From: an uncultured bacterium
Lineage (GTDB): Bacteria; Desulfobacterota; Desulfovibrionia; Desulfovibrionales; Desulfovibrionaceae
DNA: 64,000 bases
Direction of reading: 5' to 3'
NCBI GenBank assembly: GCA_905214305.1
Contig: CAJMLK010000002.1
Span: 17,163-81,162, forward strand
The stretch's first letter is position 1; every line of letters starts with the position of its first letter. Below are positions 10,042 to 20,386 of the stretch, in pieces. The notes beneath the pieces are model-generated. The model was not told the origin of the DNA and did no database searches. It saw nothing but the letters and a program-made list of their open reading frames with translations. A program made the translations under genes and the position numbers.

Positions 10042-10484
10042 GTGTTCCTCCTGAGCGGCTGATCTGATGCCGCACAGAAGAGACAGCAAGTACAGTGCCA
10101 AGATGCCAAAGGCAAGGCATTGCAGCGAGTTGAATATGCAGTGGTGGAAAACCTGCGGCGGGCAACCGTCGGCACGGCAGGGCACGACGGGCATGCCGCC
10201 AGAATGCCGACACGACGCAGTCAGATGGCCGTTACATGCGCGGCAAGAGATCGGCGCTGCCTGTACAAAATGTCAGACGGTGCGACTTGCCAGCATGCCG
10301 CCATGCGGCGGACACCAAAACAGAGGTGAGGAAAAAAGAAAAAAGGAGGGAGCACGCCAGAGGCTGTCTCCAGATGTAGTGTTCCAATAGGCTGTTCACC
10401 CTCCCCAAATCGGTAAAGCTGGAGTTAGCAGACAACAGCAAACCGAGTGAGGGAAAGGGTGAACAACGTATTGACACTCTACAT

Positions 10485-12644
10485 CTAGCGCAAACCGGAC
10501 AGCTTTTCCCACAACATGGCGGCCTTGGCCCGGCCAATGCCCGGCAGCTTGCACAGTTCTTCCTGAGTGGCGGCGCACATGGCGTCCACACTGCCGAAGT
10601 GGTCCCACAGCAGTCGCGCCGTGGCCGGGCCAATGCCGGGCAGACGCATGAGCTCGCCAGAAAGAGCCGCACCACGTCGGGCTTTGCGGTGACGGCCGAT
10701 GGCAAAGCGGTGGGTTGTGTCGCGCACATTTTGCAGAAAAAGCAGTTCCTGTCCCCCTTCGCGCAGGGGCAGGGCGTTGGCGCGGTTGGGCACAAAGATG
10801 CGGTCGGCCACATTGCCCGCGCGGCGGTCGGCATGGCCTTGCTCGTCACGGGCCTTGGCAATGGCCGCCAGAGCGAAAAGGTCGGGCTGGCCCGCCTCTT
10901 CAAGGGCGCGCTGTATGGTGCGCAACTGTCCCCTGCCACCGTCAATAAGCAGCAGGTCGGGCCAGGGGGCGCCGCTTTCCAGCCTGCGGGCCACCCATGC
11001 GTACAGGGTGGCGTAGTCGTCGCCGCTGTCGGGCATGCTGTAGGTGCGGTACTGCTCACGCGCGGGGCGGCCGTCTTCAAAAACCACCATGCCCACACGT
11101 GTCTGGCGGCCGCCGGTGTGCGACACGTCCACGCATTCTATGCGGTTGGGAGGCCCGGAAAGGTGCAGGGCGCGGGCCAGCTTTTCCAGAATGCTCACTT
11201 CAGATTTTTGTTCCTGACGGCGCGCTTCTTCGCGGGCGTTGGACTGGGCCATGTCGATCAGCTGGTTGTCCCCGGCGTTCTGGGGCGGCACTATGCGCAC
11301 CGCACCGCCACGCCGGTCAGCCAGAGTTTGTTCCAGAAGTTCGCGTCCCGTCAGGGCTGCGGAGGCAGCCTCAACATCTTGCGCACTGTTGGTGGCCGCT
11401 GGCAGACGGGGCTGAGAATCCGGTAGCGGGCCAGGTTGCAAATCAGGCTGCCAATCAGGTTGCCAATCAGGTTGCAGGTCAGGTTGCAAGTCAGGCGCCG
11501 GGGCTGGCTGCGGGGCTGGCGCAGGCGCGGGCTGCGCGTCCATCGGGGGAAGGGGGGCGTCCGTCGGCGCAGTGTCCGCAGTCTGCAAAAGGACAGAGGC
11601 TGCGGCAGGCGACGCGGCCGTCATCGGTTCGGAGTCTGCACTGGTTTCGTCTTCCGGGGCCTCGTCAGTATCCGGGGCATCCACACTTTCAATGTCCTCG
11701 GGCAGCCAGGGCAGCAGGATGCGCGGCGGTGGGGTGATCTGGCTGTAATATTGGCTCACAAAGCTCCAGAGCAGCTCCGGGGCGTCCTCAAAGGTCAGGC
11801 CGGGCCAGTAGAAAGCGCGTCCGTCCGTTACCGCCCCGCCCCGTACAAAGGCTATGCCCAGAGCCAGACCTTTGTCCGCCTGATACAGACCAACGGCATC
11901 CATGTCGCCGCCGCCGGGCAGGACAGCAGCCTGCCGCTCCACAGTGCGCTCCACGGCGCGTATCTGGTCGCGCAGCACTGCGGCTTTTTCAAACTCCAGT
12001 TCTTCCGAGGCCAGATCCATTGCCTCACGCAGGCTGTCCAGCAGTGGGGCGGCACGGCCTTGCAGAAGGTCGCACACCTTGCGCACGTTTTCATTGTATT
12101 CCTGCGGGGTCACCAAATCCATGCAGGGGGCGGGACATTGGCCCATAAAGTGATACAGGCACGCGCGCACGCGGTTTTTCATGGCCCTGTCGGAACAGCG
12201 GCGCAAGGCAAAGGCGCGGTGTATGAGTTTCCACGTCTCACGGGCGGACAGGGCGGAAGTGAACGGGCCGAAGTAGCGCGCGCCGTCACGTCTGGCCTGA
12301 CGCACCACTTCAAGACGTGGAAAGGGGTGCTTGGGATTGAGCCGAAACAGCACGTACTGCTTGTCATCCCGCAAAACAATATTATAGCGGGGCCTGTGCT
12401 TTTTGATCAGGCTTGATTCAAGAAGCAGAGCCTCTTTTTCCGTTGTTGTGGTGAGGTAGTCTATGCTTCGGGCATGGGAAAGCATGGCCTTTGTCTTGGC
12501 AGGCAAGCCTTCGGGCCTGAAGTAGGAAAGCACGCGGCGACGCAGAACACGGGCTTTGCCCACGTAAATGATGCGGCCGCGTTCATCCTTGTACAGATAG
12601 ACGCCGGGAGAAAGAGGGATGCTGGCTGGTTCTGGTTTTTGCAT
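10485..12644 (-). CDS. uvrC: excinuclease ABC subunit C
   Basis: GIY-YIG N-terminus GVYLYKDERGRIIYVGKA, a UvrBC-interaction region, an RNase H-like endonuclease domain and a C-terminal (HhH)2 (LPGIGPATA...LPGIGRAKA). 719 aa, including a ~100-aa acidic/proline-rich insert. Confidence 0.9.
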   Translation of the reverse strand: MQKPEPASIPLSPGVYLYKDERGRIIYVGKARVLRRRVLSYFRPEGLPAKTKAMLSHARSIDYLTTTTEKEALLLESSLIKKHRPRYNIVLRDDKQYVLFRLNPKHPFPRLEVVRQARRDGARYFGPFTSALSARETWKLIHRAFALRRCSDRAMKNRVRACLYHFMGQCPAPCMDLVTPQEYNENVRKVCDLLQGRAAPLLDSLREAMDLASEELEFEKAAVLRDQIRAVERTVERQAAVLPGGGDMDAVGLYQADKGLALGIAFVRGGAVTDGRAFYWPGLTFEDAPELLWSFVSQYYSQITPPPRILLPWLPEDIESVDAPDTDEAPEDETSADSEPMTAASPAAASVLLQTADTAPTDAPLPPMDAQPAPAPAPQPAPAPDLQPDLQPDWQPDWQPDLQPGPLPDSQPRLPAATNSAQDVEAASAALTGRELLEQTLADRRGGAVRIVPPQNAGDNQLIDMAQSNAREEARRQEQKSEVSILEKLARALHLSGPPNRIECVDVSHTGGRQTRVGMVVFEDGRPAREQYRTYSMPDSGDDYATLYAWVARRLESGAPWPDLLLIDGGRGQLRTIQRALEEAGQPDLFALAAIAKARDEQGHADRRAGNVADRIFVPNRANALPLREGGQELLFLQNVRDTTHRFAIGRHRKARRGAALSGELMRLPGIGPATARLLWDHFGSVDAMCAATQEELCKLPGIGRAKAAMLWEKLSGLR
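11430..11505. repeat. tandem 12-bp repeat (caggttgccaat-like, ~6 units) inside uvrC, encoding a PDLQPDWQ... low-complexity insert
   Basis: Sequence caggttgcaaatcaggctgccaatcaggttgccaatcaggttgcaggtcaggttgcaagtcagg is visible directly. It translates on the minus strand to PDLQPDLQPDWQPDWQPDLQP. Confidence 0.8.
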
Positions 12645-13011
12645 GGAGCAACAGTACGTTAAAAGTGTTTCTTTTGCCGGACAATGGGGCTGTTCGCACC
12701 AGAAGAGACCGCCCGGCTTTTCCGCGCGGAGATATGAAGCCGACCCCTGCCGCGTCTGAAAGCATGCGTCCTCAACGGCAAGATTCTTCGGCGGGAGCCG
12801 ACAGTTTCATGTGCAGCCCTTGCCTGTGCAGCCCTTGCCTGTGCAGCCTGTGGCTGCGTCCGTGGCTGGCTGCGGTGGGCCGCTGCATATACACAGTAAC
12901 CATCCCGGCTTCACTTGCCAACCTGAAGACACCGGGGCGTGGGAGGGGCTTGGCTGCGCACAGCGGCCCGGGCTGTTCGGGGCGGAGCGCGCAGGGTACG
13001 AAAAAAGGGGA

Positions 13012-13045
13012 AGCCTTTCGGCTTCCCCTTTGTAGAGCGGAATCA
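13012..13045 (-). terminator. rho-independent terminator of the porin gene
   Basis: Minus strand reads GGGGAAGCCGAAAGGCTTCCCC followed by TTTTTT, immediately after the porin stop at 13060. Confidence 0.6.
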
Positions 13046-13059
13046 GAGATCGTGTTTTC

Positions 13060-14613
13060 TTAGAAAGAGTACACGAAGCTCAGGTTGACGTTCCAGGGGT
13101 CACGCACTTCGTCGGACTTGCCGTTCATCTTGCTGTTGCCCCAGACGGACTTGGACTGGTCAAGCCAGGTCGCAAGGTAGGCGGCGTCAAGCATGACGGT
13201 GAAGTTTTCGTACATCTGGTAGCTGTTGGTCAGACCGATTTCCATGGCGTAGTCCATGGTGGTCATGTACAGGGGATCCATGCCGAGGTTGTTGGCACCG
13301 GCATTGACGGTGGTGTCAAGAGCGCCGTTGGCGGCAACGCCGTTGCGCACCAGCTTTTTAGCCATGGAGGGGCTGTTGGTGCCGCCGATCAGGTTCACGC
13401 GGAAGGTGTGCTTCAGGTCTTCCAGGAAGCTCATGTCCTTCAAGCGCGCGCCCACGCCCCAGGTACCGGCCATGCTGTAGCCAAGGGTGGCTTCGCGGGC
13501 GATGTAGGGGTTGCCGTTGAAGGCAAAGTTGGAGAAGCCGTTGTTATTGTTGTTCACGCTCAGGCTGGGCATGCGGCCGGAACCGTCGGCCGGATCGTTG
13601 CTGTCACCGGAGCCGTACCAGCCGTAGATGCCGGGGATGGCCCAGTCAAGCTTGTATTCGGCAAGCAGAGAAGCCAGCCAACCGGAACGGTTGAGGCGGC
13701 TCTGGTCGTAGCTGGCGGAACCGTAGTTGAAATCCCACGCGATGCGGATGGGGTCAAACATGGTCACTTCACCGGTCAGGCCCGCCCAGATGGCGTTGCC
13801 GTATTCGCCCAGCCTGTTGCTGGCGTAGGAGCCGTCCTTATGACGGGCACCACCGGCAGGAACCATGCCAGCCTTGGGGTACTTGCCGGAAGTGCCGGCG
13901 AAGTTATCCATATAACCATTGTCGGTACGGAAGGCGTTGGGGCCGATGGCAGCGTACATGACCCAGGGGGTCACTTTCACGCCGTCAAAGGTCAGGGGCA
14001 CGAGCAGGGCGGCAACGTCCACGTTATCCATATAGTTGCTCTGGTTGCCACTGTTGTTGGTGTTGTAGTTGTCGTTCCAGGGGCGGGCCCACAGGGCGGT
14101 CACGCCAACGTTTTCGTTGAACTGGTAGGAGGCGGTGATGCCGGCTACGTCGTCGTTGAACACGTTGCTGCCGGTGGTGAAGCTGGGCAGGGCCATGCCC
14201 TGAATGCCCATGCGCACCTTCAGGTCGGTCTGGGGAACGATCCAGTCGATGTAAGCGTTCTTCAGCTTGATGACATCGTTGGCATCAGCGCCAAGAGCGC
14301 CGCCGCCGCCGTTGCCGTTGCCGTCGTTCTTGCTTTTGCCCCAGGTGTCTTTGCCAATTTCAAAGAACACGGTACCGGACAGGGATTCGGAAGCAACGGC
14401 GTCCAACTGCAGGCGTACGCGCTGGTTGGCTTCGAACTCGTCTTCACTCTTGTTGTAACCGGTGCGGCCGTTGCCGCCGGTGAAGTTGCCGTTCATGCCG
14501 TAGTCAAAGCTCATGATCCACTGGCCCTTGGCCTTGAAGTCGATGGCGCTGGCGCCTGTGGCAGCGCCGAACACCAGACCGGCCGCCAACAGAAGAGTAG
14601 CGATCTTTTTCAT
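13060..14613 (-). CDS. outer membrane porin (Desulfovibrio-type beta-barrel)
   Basis: Start MKKIATLLLAAGLVFGAATGASA (signal peptide) at 14613 with RBS AAAGGAAGG. 517 aa, beta-strand-rich with a C-terminal aromatic (…VYSF). Own terminator downstream. Confidence 0.7.
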   Translation of the reverse strand: MKKIATLLLAAGLVFGAATGASAIDFKAKGQWIMSFDYGMNGNFTGGNGRTGYNKSEDEFEANQRVRLQLDAVASESLSGTVFFEIGKDTWGKSKNDGNGNGGGGALGADANDVIKLKNAYIDWIVPQTDLKVRMGIQGMALPSFTTGSNVFNDDVAGITASYQFNENVGVTALWARPWNDNYNTNNSGNQSNYMDNVDVAALLVPLTFDGVKVTPWVMYAAIGPNAFRTDNGYMDNFAGTSGKYPKAGMVPAGGARHKDGSYASNRLGEYGNAIWAGLTGEVTMFDPIRIAWDFNYGSASYDQSRLNRSGWLASLLAEYKLDWAIPGIYGWYGSGDSNDPADGSGRMPSLSVNNNNNGFSNFAFNGNPYIAREATLGYSMAGTWGVGARLKDMSFLEDLKHTFRVNLIGGTNSPSMAKKLVRNGVAANGALDTTVNAGANNLGMDPLYMTTMDYAMEIGLTNSYQMYENFTVMLDAAYLATWLDQSKSVWGNSKMNGKSDEVRDPWNVNLSFVYSF

Positions 14614-14939
14614 GGTTAACCTTCCTTTATTTTGCCCAAAAGGGCATGTTTTACTATACACGCCTGTGGAGCGGATGTCCGCTTCGGGCCAACTATAGGA
14701 AAGGCCCGCACACTTTGCAAGCATATTCGTGCAAAAATTTTAACCCGTCGGAGGATAGGAATGAAAAAAAAGATCAATCCCCCGGAAAATCTACAGGTTA
14801 AAGGAAATCTAGAGAGAAAATTTTTTTTCGCCGCACGACAAATTTTTACCCCAAATTAGCCAGTATGTGTAAGGATACAGTAAAAACAGCCTGTTATGGC
14901 GAGTCGGCTGGCGGTATAAAATTTTTCAGGGGCCATGAG

Positions 14940-14975
14940 AAAAGCCGGGGAACTGGCCCCGGCTTTTTCAGCGCA
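14940..14975. terminator. bidirectional hairpin terminator downstream of trpB
   Basis: AAAAGCCGGGGAACTGGCCCCGGCTTTTT hairpin flanked by A/T runs on both strands. Confidence 0.5.
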
Positions 14976-14994
14976 ACTTCAACGTGAAGTTGCT

Positions 14995-16206
14995 CTAGAT
15001 TTCGCCTTTTTCCATCATTTCCGCCACCTGCGCCACGTCCTTGTCGCCCCGGCCAGAAAGATTGACCAGCAGGACGGCGTCCACGGGCATGGCAGGGGCC
15101 ATTTTAACGGCATGCGCCAGCGCGTGGGAGGATTCCAGAGCCGGGATGATGCCTTCGTGGCGGGACAGGGTGAAGAAAGCTTCCAGAGCCTCCTTGTCCG
15201 TAATGCTCACGTATTCGGCTCGACCCGCGTCTTTGAGCATGGCGTGTTCCGGGCCGACAGAGGGATAGTCCAGCCCCGCGGAGATGGAGTACACCGCCCC
15301 GGCATCACCCGTTGCATCCTTGATCATGTACGAATTGAAGCCGTGCAGCACGCCCGGTTCGCCAAGGCAAAGCGATGCCGCATGCTGGCCGTAGTCCGCA
15401 CCGTGCCCGCCCGGCTCCACGCCGATGAGGCGCACATCCGCATCATTCACAAAGCCGGAAAAGATGCCGATGGCGTTTGAACCGCCGCCCACGCAGGCCA
15501 GCACCGCATCCGGCAGTTGCCCGCAGGCTTCAAGCATCTGCTTGCGTGCCTCGTTGCCCACCACCGACTGGAACTGGCGTACCATATAAGGATAGGGATG
15601 CGGCCCGACGGCGGAACCCAGCACATAAAATATGGCATCGTCCGACACCCACAGGGCAAGGGCCTCGTCCACGGCTTCCTTGAGGGTGCGCTGGCCGGAT
15701 GTGGCCGCCACAACGTCAGCCCCGAGCATGCGCATGCGGATGACGTTGAGGTGCTGGCGCTCCATGTCCACTTCGCCCATGCAGATGGTGCATTCAAGGC
15801 CCATGAGGGCTGCCGTGGCGGCTGTGGCTACGCCGTGCTGCCCAGCGCCGGTTTCAGCGATGATGCGGCTTTTGCCCATGCGCTTTGCCAGCAGGCACTG
15901 ACCAAGCGTATTGTTGATCTTGTGCGCCCCGAGGTGGTTGAGGTCTTCGCGCTTGAGCCATATCTGCGCTCCGCCCAGTTTTTGGCTCAGGTTGGCGCAG
16001 TGAAAGACCGGGCTGGGGCGTCCTGTATAATGGATGAAAAGGTCGTTGAGTTCCCGCATGAAGGCGGGGTCGGCCAGAGCCGAATTCATGGCTGCGGTCA
16101 GCTCATCCAGACGGGCCTTGACGGGTTCGGGAACAAACTGGCCGCCATAGGCGCCAAAAAAGCCCTTGCTGTCGGGCTTGTCATGGGGTGCGGAATGCTG
16201 GCTCAT
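14995..16206 (-). CDS. trpB: tryptophan synthase beta subunit
   Basis: PLP-lysine motif [21 protein letters not shown] and the N-terminus [12 protein letters not shown]. Start at 16206 with AAGGAGA RBS; 404 aa. The track ORF extends upstream without support. Confidence 0.85.
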   Translation of the reverse strand: MSQHSAPHDKPDSKGFFGAYGGQFVPEPVKARLDELTAAMNSALADPAFMRELNDLFIHYTGRPSPVFHCANLSQKLGGAQIWLKREDLNHLGAHKINNTLGQCLLAKRMGKSRIIAETGAGQHGVATAATAALMGLECTICMGEVDMERQHLNVIRMRMLGADVVAATSGQRTLKEAVDEALALWVSDDAIFYVLGSAVGPHPYPYMVRQFQSVVGNEARKQMLEACGQLPDAVLACVGGGSNAIGIFSGFVNDADVRLIGVEPGGHGADYGQHAASLCLGEPGVLHGFNSYMIKDATGDAGAVYSISAGLDYPSVGPEHAMLKDAGRAEYVSITDKEALEAFFTLSRHEGIIPALESSHALAHAVKMAPAMPVDAVLLVNLSGRGDKDVAQVAEMMEKGEI

Positions 16207-16510
16207 GCGATCTCCTTGCTGCTGATGCTGTGTCGCCGTCATGCTACCTGACCTGCGGCAAAACGCCGTTCTGCCGTAACCCGGCGCAGCGCCGTCGTAT
16301 AGGGCGGCTTCGGGACCGGTAAGCCTGAAAAGCGCAAAGGCTGAAAAACGGTTCTCACTCTGGCGTTTTGAACACTCTGTGTCAAGGCACTTTCGTGCAT
16401 GTGCCATATGGGTTGTACGGTGGATGCCTTGTGATTTTGTGTTCTTCTTGCCGTAGCGTGCTGTTTCGCTTATGCTTGCTGTGCGCGCATTTATGCGCCA
16501 AGGAGTTGAA

Positions 16511-17314
16511 ATGCTGGATGAAAAATTTACCGGAAACGGCAAGGTAGTGCTGCTGGCCGGCGGCGGGAAAATCTATACGGACATCGCGGCGCGTTTTGTG
16601 CGCAGCGAGAGGGATCTGGAAGACATAGTGGCTTCTCCCTATTCCAAAAAGATTGTGGAGAACATTCTGTCATCAGGCCACAGGGCCGCGCTTGAATTTG
16701 ATTTTTTCATTTTCGGCCTTGAAGGCTACTCCCGCGTGACTGAGACCCAGCTTGTGCGCAAGCGTCTGGCTTCGTACCTTATCAAGTCGGGGCGGGCCGA
16801 GCTTGGCGGCAAGCGCCGCTATTCGGTGGTTTATCCGCGCGGCGTGGCGGAATTTGCGGCTCCGGTGACCTTGCCCGGCGGTGCAACGGTGAACCTGAGC
16901 GGACGCGATCTGGCCGATCTGGGCCGCCAGTGGTACGAGGCGGGGCTTGATGCGGGCCTGCCCGAAGAAGACTTGCGCTATCTCAAGCCGCAGGCCACCG
17001 AGTTCAAGGCCATTGTCGGCATGAATGCTCATGCGCTGCTGGACTGGTTTTCCATTCGCTGCTGCCGTAATGCCCAGCACGAAATCCAGCACCTTGCCTG
17101 GCAGATGCTGCGTCTGAGCCGCAAGGCAGCCCCCGACCTTTTCGCAGGGGCAGGACCCAACTGCGTACAGCTGGGGTATTGCCCGGAAAACGCCCTGCAG
17201 AACGCCCGCTGTAGAGGGCGCATCATCACCAAGGATGACGCCATGACCCTGCTGCGCTCTGCCAGAGGCACTGCGGCAGCGCCTCCGGCTCAGGATGAAT
17301 TTGCGGAAGACTAG
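16511..17314 (+). CDS. ThyX-like protein (FAD-dependent thymidylate synthase family), divergent
   Basis: [13 protein letters not shown] resembles the ThyX RHRxxSxxxxSxRY signature. AGGAG RBS before ATG at 16511; 267 aa. Confidence 0.45.
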   Translation: MLDEKFTGNGKVVLLAGGGKIYTDIAARFVRSERDLEDIVASPYSKKIVENILSSGHRAALEFDFFIFGLEGYSRVTETQLVRKRLASYLIKSGRAELGGKRRYSVVYPRGVAEFAAPVTLPGGATVNLSGRDLADLGRQWYEAGLDAGLPEEDLRYLKPQATEFKAIVGMNAHALLDWFSIRCCRNAQHEIQHLAWQMLRLSRKAAPDLFAGAGPNCVQLGYCPENALQNARCRGRIITKDDAMTLLRSARGTAAAPPAQDEFAED

Positions 17315-17345
17315 GGCAATTTCACTTTGAAACTGCTCTGGCGGG
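17313..17345. repeat. palindromic intergenic repeat unit (CTAGRGCAATTTCACTTTGAAACTGCTCTGG), 'module A'
   Basis: Begins exactly on the thyX-like stop (gacTAGggcaatttc). A second degenerate copy lies at ~17500-17535. Related copies occur at 21925, 23860, 25400, 25545, 32700, 55065 and elsewhere. Confidence 0.7.
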
Positions 17346-17834
17346 TGCTGAGCAATCGCCCGCCTGCTGTCGTCACAGGCCGCCTGTCCGCCCCGCCATG
17401 CGATGGCTGCGCGTTGGGGCGTTGCTCCCGGATCGGGTGCAGAAAACCGCGCTTGCAGGGCTTACATGCGTCAGGGAAAGAGTGTACGCTTTTCCAGCGT
17501 GGCGCTGGAGCAATTTTTTTTTGAAACTGCTCTGGCGGCTGCGGTAGCGGAGGCCCGCCGCGCAGGCGCAGTTTACCCGCGCGGTTGAACGCCGGAGCGG
17601 GCGTCGTGGAAGCATTGGGAACAGATATTCTCGATGCGAAAATACTCTAAAGAATTCAGGCTTCCATCCGTTCTTCGTCGGCATGCTGCGATCTTGCATG
17701 CCGCAAGTCGTCTGCCGGCAAGCTGTCTGCCAATGTCGACATGCCCGGTGCGAAGCGCCGGGCAACAGGCAGTGTGGTCGGCCCGAAAGAGCAGGGCGCG
17801 CATTTTCTTGGGCCACTGACTGCCGGGACCAGCC

Positions 17835-19277
17835 TTACGCCCCATCCGTCTTTTTTGTCGCCGCTTCCACTGCTTCCATTGTCACTGGCGCATCCGTTTC
17901 TTCCGGTACTCCAGCCATTGCCGATATTTTCGGCGCAGCGGAAGGCTCGCCCGGCATGGTTTCGGACACCACGTCGCCAGTCGCTTTTTGGCATGACGGC
18001 CCGTTGATGATGGCGCCGATCATGACGCCCAGATGGCACATGGCCAGTGCCAGCCACCAGACCCGGTAAAAATCGTGGCCGAAAATGCCGTTAAAAAGCC
18101 ATGCCACAAAGCCGGTCCAGAAACAGGCCGTCAGATGCCAGTAGATGCCTTTTTCATGGCGGGCGCGTTCAGCCTGCAGGCGCGGCCTGATGCGCGCATA
18201 GCCCCACCAGGAAAAACCCAGCAGAAAGATCATGCCCAGGGCAAAGCCCACAAGCCCGTGCGCATACAGCATGTCCAGATAGATATTGTGCGGATGGCTG
18301 ATGGTAATGAGGTCTTTTTCCGGGGTAAGGCCCAGACTGCGGAAGGCGGAATTATATTGCCCGGCCCCGGCCCCGAACCAGGGGTGTTCCAGAAAAACGC
18401 GCCAGCCGAGCTTCCACAGGCTCCAGCGGCCGTCATCCACCACAGCGTCCAGACGGGCGCGCCCCTGGGCCGCCAGAATCAGAAGCAGACCGGCTGCGGC
18501 AAGAAGAACCCCTTTCCAGCGGACGGAAGAATTTCCCGTCAGGAGCAGCCACAGGCCCATGACGGCGGCAATGGCGAGCGCTCCGCTGCGGCTGCCCGCG
18601 CCAGCCAGCAGAAAAAAAGCCGGCCAGAGAACGGCGGTGCTCAGCAGCAGTGCCGGCAGCCGGGAAAAAAACTGGCGCAGGATAAACCAGATGCCAAATG
18701 CCGGTATGAGGGCGAGGGCAATGTAGTTGCCTACCTCGTAGTCGTCGAAGCTGCCTGTCAGACGCCCGCTGTTGAGCGGGTAGCCCATGAGAAAGTCCCT
18801 GCCGGTCTGCGCCTGCCACACGCCGTCCAGGCCCTGCCAGAAAACGGCAAGCACACTGGCCCAGACCAGACGACGCAGGTCTTTTTCGCCACGGACGCAC
18901 TCCATGGCGATAAAAGGCAGGATAAAGCCCTTGTTGAGGGCGGAACCGGCGTGCAGCAGGGACGATCCGGGGCTTTGCGAAAAAACCACGCCGATCATGA
19001 CCATAAGCCCGAGGCAGACAAAAAGCGGCCATGTTCCCAGCCTGCGCAAGACGCTGTTTTTCCAGTTGCAGCGATAGTACTGGATGAGAAAGATCAGGCA
19101 GACCACGGGCATGATGTCGCGAACGGCATAGCCCGAAGGAAACGTGACCAGCGAGGCCCAGAATGACCAGAAAAGGCAGGAGAACCAGCGTTCGGCGGGC
19201 GGCAGCTGTCGAAATGCCGCTGTGGCGGCATGCAGGGCGTTTATCTGGCTTTTGCCATATTCCAGCAGGTTTCGCAC
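17835..19277 (-). CDS. O-antigen ligase family protein (Wzy_C/WaaL-like)
   Basis: About 11 TM segments. Motif GAGAGQYNSAF...HPHNIYLDMLYAHGLVG is characteristic of the O-antigen ligase domain. GTG start with GGGAGG RBS. Confidence 0.7.
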   Translation of the reverse strand: MRNLLEYGKSQINALHAATAAFRQLPPAERWFSCLFWSFWASLVTFPSGYAVRDIMPVVCLIFLIQYYRCNWKNSVLRRLGTWPLFVCLGLMVMIGVVFSQSPGSSLLHAGSALNKGFILPFIAMECVRGEKDLRRLVWASVLAVFWQGLDGVWQAQTGRDFLMGYPLNSGRLTGSFDDYEVGNYIALALIPAFGIWFILRQFFSRLPALLLSTAVLWPAFFLLAGAGSRSGALAIAAVMGLWLLLTGNSSVRWKGVLLAAAGLLLILAAQGRARLDAVVDDGRWSLWKLGWRVFLEHPWFGAGAGQYNSAFRSLGLTPEKDLITISHPHNIYLDMLYAHGLVGFALGMIFLLGFSWWGYARIRPRLQAERARHEKGIYWHLTACFWTGFVAWLFNGIFGHDFYRVWWLALAMCHLGVMIGAIINGPSCQKATGDVVSETMPGEPSAAPKISAMAGVPEETDAPVTMEAVEAATKKTDGA

Positions 19278-19432
19278 TGTGCCTCCCGGGCATTGTTACA
19301 GAAAAATATTTACCTGATATAAGACGCTTTTATATCCCGCGCTTTCTGTTTGTTCAAGTGCGGCAAAAACCTTGCCATGCGTCGGCATGCAAAATATACT
19401 GAGATAGTTCGTTATCTTACCATGAGGATACT

Positions 19433-20155
19433 ATGGCACGATTTACAGGATTTGATGAGGTTTACAGCGCTCTTTATGTGGACTTTGACAATATTTTTAC
19501 CCGTTTTCTTGAAATTGACCCTGAAGCGGCCCGTGCCTTTGGCGCCGCTCCGTACCGCTGGGTACGCTGGATGGAGAATCACGCCCTGCGCATCCTTTAC
19601 GGCGAAGGCGTGCGCCGTCGCATTCTGAAACGCATGTGCTACCTTAATCCGCAGCGTTATCAGGAGTTTCGCAACTCATTCATCCGCAGCGCCTTTCAGG
19701 TTGTGGATTGCCCGCCCCTTACATCCCGCGGTAAAACAAGCACGGATATCCATCTTGTTATGGACTGCATGGATGACCTTTCGCACTCTACAAAGTTTGA
19801 CGAGTTCATCATTCTTTCGGGAGATGCGGACTTTACCCCTCTGCTCATTCGCCTTCAGGAGCACGCCCGGCGCACTCTTGTGCTTTCTGTGGGCTATTCT
19901 TCACCGGCCTATACGGCGGCGGCTTCATGGCGTATTCGTGAAGACTGGTTTTTGCAGCAGGCTTTGCGTGATGATCGCGATGACATGGACGGTGACGCCG
20001 GAGACGTTGCGGGCAAAACGGCCCCCCATGCAACGCTGGTGCAGGCCCCGGGCCGTGTGCCCGAAAGCGATAGCGGCTACGGCCGGGGCGGCGATGCCCT
20101 GTCTGTAGACGATGCTGATGATGGCGATGAATCCACGCCCGGCAACGCCTGGTAA
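19433..20155 (+). CDS. NYN (LabA-like, PIN-related) domain protein with acidic C-terminal tail
   Basis: GKTSTDIHLVMDCMD...FIILSGDADFTPLL is the NYN/LabA nuclease-fold signature; 240 aa. Confidence 0.65.
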   Translation: MARFTGFDEVYSALYVDFDNIFTRFLEIDPEAARAFGAAPYRWVRWMENHALRILYGEGVRRRILKRMCYLNPQRYQEFRNSFIRSAFQVVDCPPLTSRGKTSTDIHLVMDCMDDLSHSTKFDEFIILSGDADFTPLLIRLQEHARRTLVLSVGYSSPAYTAAASWRIREDWFLQQALRDDRDDMDGDAGDVAGKTAPHATLVQAPGRVPESDSGYGRGGDALSVDDADDGDESTPGNAW

Positions 20156-20386
20156 GGGATGTTCCGCCCGAGGGTGTCTTCCGGCGGCGTTGGCGCTTGA
20201 CGCGGGGCGCGCCCGAAGCTAAAGATGATCACGCTTTCTTTTGGTTCCCGCCCCGTTCCGGGGGTACTGCGCACTCCGGCGAAAAGTTCAGCCGTGGCTC
20301 TGCCGCCGCGGGACAGATCGCGGGGCAGGCTTTTCCACTGGCGTTGTGGGCGGCGGGCTTTGACGGAAACCATTTTAGGAGGTCCC

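Noticed and set aside
10195-10484. Inverted repeat GTTCACCCTCCCC…GGGAAAGGGTGAAC (~10395-10470) considered as IS terminal repeats or a sigma54 promoter
   Set aside because: No transposase and no direct-repeat duplications. It lies in the uvrC-downstream / operon-promoter gap and is more simply a terminator or operator hairpin. Insufficient evidence to call.
16206-16542. Upstream 112-codon extension of trpB in the ORF track
   Set aside because: A strong AAGGAGA RBS precedes the internal Met at 16206, and canonical TrpB begins near [12 protein letters not shown]. The extension has no conservation-like features.
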